DNA of 64,000 bases from Macrostomum lignano (Eukaryota): the NCBI GenBank assembly GCA_002269645.1, contig NIVC01000436.1, forward strand, positions 62,001 through 126,000, read 5' to 3'. Every line of letters starts with the position of its first letter. The first letter of the stretch is position 1. This document shows, piece after piece, positions 58,441 through 64,000 of the stretch. The notes beneath the pieces are model-generated. The model made no database searches. It was not told the origin of the DNA and was given only the letters and a program-made list of their open reading frames with translations. A program made the position numbers and the translations under genes.

Positions 58441-61400
58441 TATGTCAATATGTGCTACAGGGTGTCATAATATGATACTTTTACGCACTAATATGTACAC
58501 TCGTATCATAATTTTCCTGCATTGTGTCTGCTTCTACATCTACGATGTGTGTATTTTAACCTATCCCCCGATATATAATATGTGCCTGCGATGTGTGGTA
58601 ATATGCCGAAATGTACATGTACAAAATCAATAGTGTGTATATACGTCTGCATCGTTTTTGTCTATGTTTTAATAATATACACCTGCATTATACTGGCTTT
58701 CCATATGAGTGGCAACTCCTTTGTAACCTACAATTCGTTGGCTCAGTGTTAGTGGTATTTTGTAATTAAATTACTACGTCTAAATGTTGTATTATTATTG
58801 AATTCAATTATTATTGAATTTCACTCCTCATGTGCTAGGGAGGTCTAATTGTAATATAATCTTGCTATTAATCTACCATCTCTACTGTAAGTAGACTGTG
58901 ACTTGGTGTCTGGGCTCGAGTTGTGTACTCTTTGTATGAATGCATTCTTGGTGTGTAACTCCTGACCATCCCTTCCCTCTGGGAGCACTGCAGGTAGACT
59001 AGTATGGCTTGGTATTCAGGGCTGGCGTGTGCACGTAATACTCTGTAATATTTACCGGACTCGGGTGGGGAAGCTCGCTGTACGGCTCTCTCCGTGGGGT
59101 GTGATTCACCGCCTCTCTGTCCCGCGCCTCCTGCCAGGGCAGCTCTCCCTGTGGGGGTGACTTACACACTGCCTCTCTGTCCCGCGCCGCGTGCTGCGAC
59201 ATGCCGGGTAGCGTCCTCTATCTCCTACTGCCTCCACGCACTCTCTGTCCCCCTCCTGCTACAGGAGGGCTGGTTGCTCGCTGTACAGGGCAGCGTCAGC
59301 ATCTGGGTTTCCTTCCTGCACCGTCTACCCCACCACTATACTGACTAACCGCATGCACACGACATTGGTGGGAGGGGCTGAGTTCCCACTGACGGGTGTA
59401 CACCTACTCGACGCTGAAGGTACACTTGCTGAACGCCCACCCTGTCAGATGTACACTTGCTGAACACCCATCCTGTCAGATGTACACTCGCTGGACGCCC
59501 ACCCTGCCGGATGTACACCCCGCCGTCCCTTCCCTCCAGGAGCACTGCAAGTAGACTAGTATGGCTTGGTATTCGTAGTTGGTGTGTGTACGTAATATAC
59601 TCTTTGTAATATTTACTTGACCTGGGTTTGTAAGTTCTAATAACATATAAATGACTACTGCTGACTAGTTGACGCATCTGGATGGTGTGATAAAAACTAG
59701 TAACGTACCGCGATTTCGAGAGAAATCCTAGCACAATACTGTTCTGTCCGGCATGTGGAAAAGTATTTGCCCCGCCTTCGCTTACTCATACTGCACACAG
59801 ACAAAGCTTATCTCTATTAGCAATCTGTTCGTGGTGGTTTAGAAGGATACTGTCTTCCTGTATATAGCTCTCTATCCCTTCATCACTCGTAATAACTTCA
59901 TAAATGCTCGCTTGACCAATGGCTGGTACTGAACTAATAATTCATACGATACATAATGGTTAATACTTTCTAACTCCGTACAGCTCACAAGTTTCTACTC
60001 TCTACCTTATCAGTAACATTAAAATAAAAAGGTAAAATTTGCTGGTTTTGTGCCTTGTTTGCTTACTTTTCTATTAAAATACTTGCGGTTTATAATTGAA
60101 AATGTCTGCTTTTTATTCAATTTTATGTGGTTTGAAGGTTTATTTTTGCTAAAATGCCTGGTTTCTTATAAAAATTTCTACTCTCGACAATGATTGTGTC
60201 AGCTATTTCATTAAAATAACCTACTTTTGAATAAAACGTTGTATTTAAGCCTCTAGTTTTTTTCAAAACATAATGGAAACCCTCACAACGCCCTTGGAAC
60301 CTCCTCAAGCAGCTTACATAGAGCATGCAGACCCCGAAACCCCCTCTAGTGTGCCCTGATTTCAGCGGTCTGACGGTTAAGATCTGTATTTTTACACTAT
60401 ATTTTCCTTCATGCAGCAATACAGGTTTGGTAGAGTGAGTCTGGCGGGAGAGGGGGCTTGTGGGGTGATGAGGATGCGTACACACAGTTTAGCCTGTTTT
60501 AGTCTACCTTTTGGGCTAATATGCTTACTATTATTACTACTATTATACCTACTATGTACATACTATTATACTACCCACTATTAAACATGTTGCACTAAAA
60601 CCAACTTTTGAAAATACATAGCGTGTTTTGGTCGATTCTCCCTCACGTCTCTGTCCCTACACATGTGCTCTGCTCGCTTTGGTCTCTGCTTGTGTACCTC
60701 TCTGTAACGTCTCTGTATGCTCTGACTGGTTTCTCCGTCCCCGCACGCGCCGCTACTAAAGTTTGCTGTTACCTACCCCTACACACTGCTCTCTGTCTCC
60801 CTCCGCGCACACCTCTCTGGCCTTGCATGCAACTTGCATGTCTGCTCCCCTGTCCTGCCCTCGCGTGGCTCCCTGCCTATACATAGCTACAGGACCCTAC
60901 CTCTGTGCCTTGCTCGGAACTCTGTCCCAGGCCCCCCTTCATACTTCTCTGTCCCGGGCTGCAACTGGCTGACACGCGCCTCTCTGTTCCCCAGCCTGCG
61001 TGGCTGCCTACCCCTGCACACTGCTCTCTGTCCCCCTCCGCGCCTCTCTATCATCCTATTCCTGCAGCTGACCGTGCCGTTCAGCTCTGTCCACGCACGG
61101 CTCCACCCCTGCCCGTGTCTCACTGTACCGCCCTGTGTGGCTCCCTTACCCTGCGCGTTTGCTTCCTATCTCCCTCCTGCTCCATATGTTTCTGTTCCCT
61201 CACACTACGCACACGTGGCTGGCTCTCTGTCCAAACACATCTCTGCTCCTCCACTCTATCCTCGCGTGGCCCCTTGACGGTTCGCATGCCCCTGCATACC
61301 CTGCCTGCCTCTCTGTCCCCTGCAACTGGGGAGGGAGCTCTCTATCCTCTGTATGGCTTTCTCTGTGGGGTGTGTGTGACTCACACTACCTCTCTGTCCT

Positions 61401-62202
61401 AGCATGCGCCTCTCTATCCGGCTCCTGCAGCAGGCTGTGTTATTCACATCTCTTTCCACCCACCCTCTGCCCGTACACGCTCAGTGTACAGGGCTGCGTC
61501 AGCATCGGGGTTAAAACTTCTCGCTCCCTATGCTTCAACAGTATAACAACCTAGTGGCTGGTTCTCTGTCCGCGCCACCCCTCTCTGCCCGTACACTCTC
61601 ACTGTACAGGGCTGCGTCAGCGTTAGGGTTGAAACTTCTCGCTCCCTATACCCCACAACCGTGTAGTGTCCTAGTATGGGCGCGACCTGGGTTCGATTTC
61701 GCTAGTTGAGATGTAGGTGAGAGAGGGGAAGAGGCCCGTATCGATGACTACATATCGGTGTACACACATATCGGGGGAGTGTACACTCGGGGCGCCTGCT
61801 GCATACATATCGGTGTACATATAGGGAGAGTGCGCATACATATCGGGAGGGGCGCCTGAGACGGGGAGGGCGCCTGCGGCATACATGTCGGGGGAGGGCG
61901 CGTGCGGCGGGGAGGGGCGCCTGCTGCATGGACGCCTGCGGCTCGGGAGGGTGCGCTTGGGATCTGATTGATTTGGGATCTGATTGATTTGGGATCTGAT
62001 TGATTTATTGGGATCTAATATCGGGAGGGTGCGCCTGCGGCGCTTGGCGCCACGCGCCTGCGGCGCGCGCGCGCCGAGCGCCGATATCGATACGGGTATC
62101 GATCACCTAGTGATCGGGGCGCCAGCCAATGAGAGGCGAGGAGGGTTGACACCCACCCCACCTCCAAAATCAAGCCATTCGGAATCCCTTAGTAGTTTCG
62201 AA

Positions 62203-62423
62203 CCCGTCGACCGTTGATCAAACGGCAGCTCTTCTAAGAAATTCGATGCGGATGCTGATTCGCTGTCGGCTACGCTGGCAACGACAACTAATGTGACAAT
62301 GCCGGCAACCACTAGCATAACTAGTATCAGAACTTTTATCACACTCAAACTATCGAGTCGGCCTGATCGGCTTCTTGAACCCTGCTGCTCAGACTCGTGT
62401 TGATCCAGCTGGTACCGGTGCAT
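62203..62423 (-). CDS. Putative small single-pass membrane protein ORF, interrupted by the palindrome (3' end at 52937-52910)
   Basis: MHRYQLDQHES...VIKVLILVMLVVAGIVTLVVVASV has one hydrophobic segment. Removing the palindrome gives an 84-aa ORF ending STGSNTDHAPAAS*. Confidence 0.4.
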
Positions 62424-62589
62424 TGCTGCTGCTGCATGCAAATGCAATCTCTATTGTGGCAGCATGTACTGCTGTTGTGCACCCGGAAGTTTCTCACGGA
62501 TCTTTTAAAACTAAATCAGTCTGCAATAAATGAGAGCGAAGCTTTGTGGAGTGAGTTGATTCTGAACATTTTCCACTCCTCTTCCTTTC

Positions 62590-63720
62590 CACCCTATCCT
62601 TGCTCCTCTACACCTGTTCCTTTCCTCTATCCCTGTTTCTCTCCTCTACACCTGTTCCTCTCATCTACACCTGTTCCTTTTCTCTACCCCTGTTCCTCTC
62701 CTCTACACATGTTTCTCTCCTCTACACCTGTTCCTCTCCTCTACACCTGTTCCTTTTCTCTACCCCTGTTCCTTTTCTCTACCCCTGTTTCTCTCCTCTA
62801 CACCTGTTCCTCTCCTCTACCCCCGTTTCTCTCCTCTACACCTGTTTCTCTCCTCTACACCTGTTCCTTTTCTCTACCCCTGTTCCTCTGCTCTGCCCCT
62901 GTTCCTTTTCTCTACCCCTGTTTCTCTCCTCTACACCTGTTCCTCTCCTCTACACCTGTTCCTCTTCTCTACACCTGTTTCTCTCTTCTACCTCTCTTTT
63001 TTTCTATCCCTTTACCTCTCCTCTACGCCTCTTTCCTATACTCCTGTTCCTTTTTCTCTATCCTTGTTCTTTTTCTCTACCCCTGTTCCTCTCCTCTACA
63101 CCTGTTCCTTTCCTCTATCCCTGTTTCTCTCCTCTACACCTGTTCCTCTCCTCTACACCTGTTCCTCTCCTCTACCCCTGTTTCTCTCCTCTACACCTGT
63201 TTCTCTTCTCTACACCTGTTCCTCTGCTCTACCCCTGTTTCTCTCCTCTACACCTGTTCCTTTTCTCTACCCCTGTTCCTCTGCTCTACCCCTGTTCCTT
63301 TTCTCTACCCCTGTTTCTCTCCTCTACACCTGTTCCTTTTCTCTACCCCTGTTCCTATGCTCTACCCCTGTTCCTTTTCTCTACCCCTGTTCCTTTTCTC
63401 TACCCCTGTTCCTCTGCTCTGCCCCTGTTCCTTTTCTCTACCCCTGTTCCTCTCCTCTACACCTGCACCTGTTCCTTTCCTTTCCACCCCCTGTTCCTCT
63501 CCTCTACACCTGTTCCTTTTCTCTACCCCTGTTTCTCTCCTCTCCTCTACACCTGTTCCTTTTCTCTACCCCTGTTCCTCTGCTCTACCCCTGTTCCTCT
63601 GCTCTACCCCTGTTCCTTTTCTCTACCCCTGTTCCTCTGCTCTACCCCTGTTTCTCTTCTCTACCCCTGTTCCTCACTTATACCTATCTTCTCCCCTCCA
63701 CTCCTGTTCCTCTCCTTTAC
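62590..63720. repeat. Pyrimidine-rich degenerate minisatellite, ~18-19 bp unit
   Basis: CTCCTCTACACCTGTT(C/T) and TTTCTCTACCCCTGTT variants. Source of the spurious 250-450 aa ORFs. Confidence 0.95.
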
Positions 63721-64000
63721 CGCTCTTTTTTCTTTCTTTCCTCTACCGCTAGCTACTATTCTCCTCATTTCTTTCTCCCCAGTAATCTATTACCTTTTGG
63801 TAGGAAAACTTGAACAATCATTTGCATTTTTAAGCAACATCAAATAAAACGCAGAAAAAATCTAATAAGATTTTATAACGAAATGTAATCTCTCTAGTGC
63901 TTTTTTATATTCGGAAACTTTAGCACAGCTGAATTGTGTTCTGATGCTTTAAAATCAAAACGAATAGCGGAACCTGAGGATATTAAACTGCAGGCAACAA

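Larger units (their letters stand above)
52938..62202. mobile_element. 9.3-kb giant palindromic (foldback) element with no recognisable mobility gene
   Basis: Arms are reverse complements: mirror ORF coordinates sum to 115137, and the ends are TTCGAAACTACTAAGGG / CCCTTAGTAGTTTCGAA. The axis is near 57570 with a 77-bp imperfect hairpin spacer. Flanks are unique. The palindrome itself is certain; mobile-element status is inferred. Confidence 0.8.

Overview
Eukaryotic (metazoan) genomic DNA with GC-rich exons and introns filled by long minisatellite arrays. This style suggests a flatworm such as Macrostomum, which is an inference. Five spliced or intronless genes run head-to-tail on the minus strand: WDR7/Rabconnectin-3beta (11 exons), TMEM218, a calmodulin-like EF-hand gene with a GC-AG intron, SLC2A13/HMIT with an apparent 1-nt frameshift, and SPEN (truncated at the window start). 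A ZNF384/Rotund/Lin-29 C2H2 gene lies on the plus strand. The standout feature is a ~9.3 kb near-perfect palindrome (52938-62202). It has no recognisable transposase, a bulged T-shaped hairpin at its centre, related GC-rich hairpins near both ends, and TTCGAA at both junctions. It appears to split a small membrane-protein ORF. Also present: a 278-bp MITE with a 9-bp TSD carrying a fragment of the 28S rRNA R2/I-PpoI target region, a tRNA-derived CORE-like SINE, and many minisatellites. Exon boundaries were read by eye, and family assignments come from recalled sequences, not database searches.
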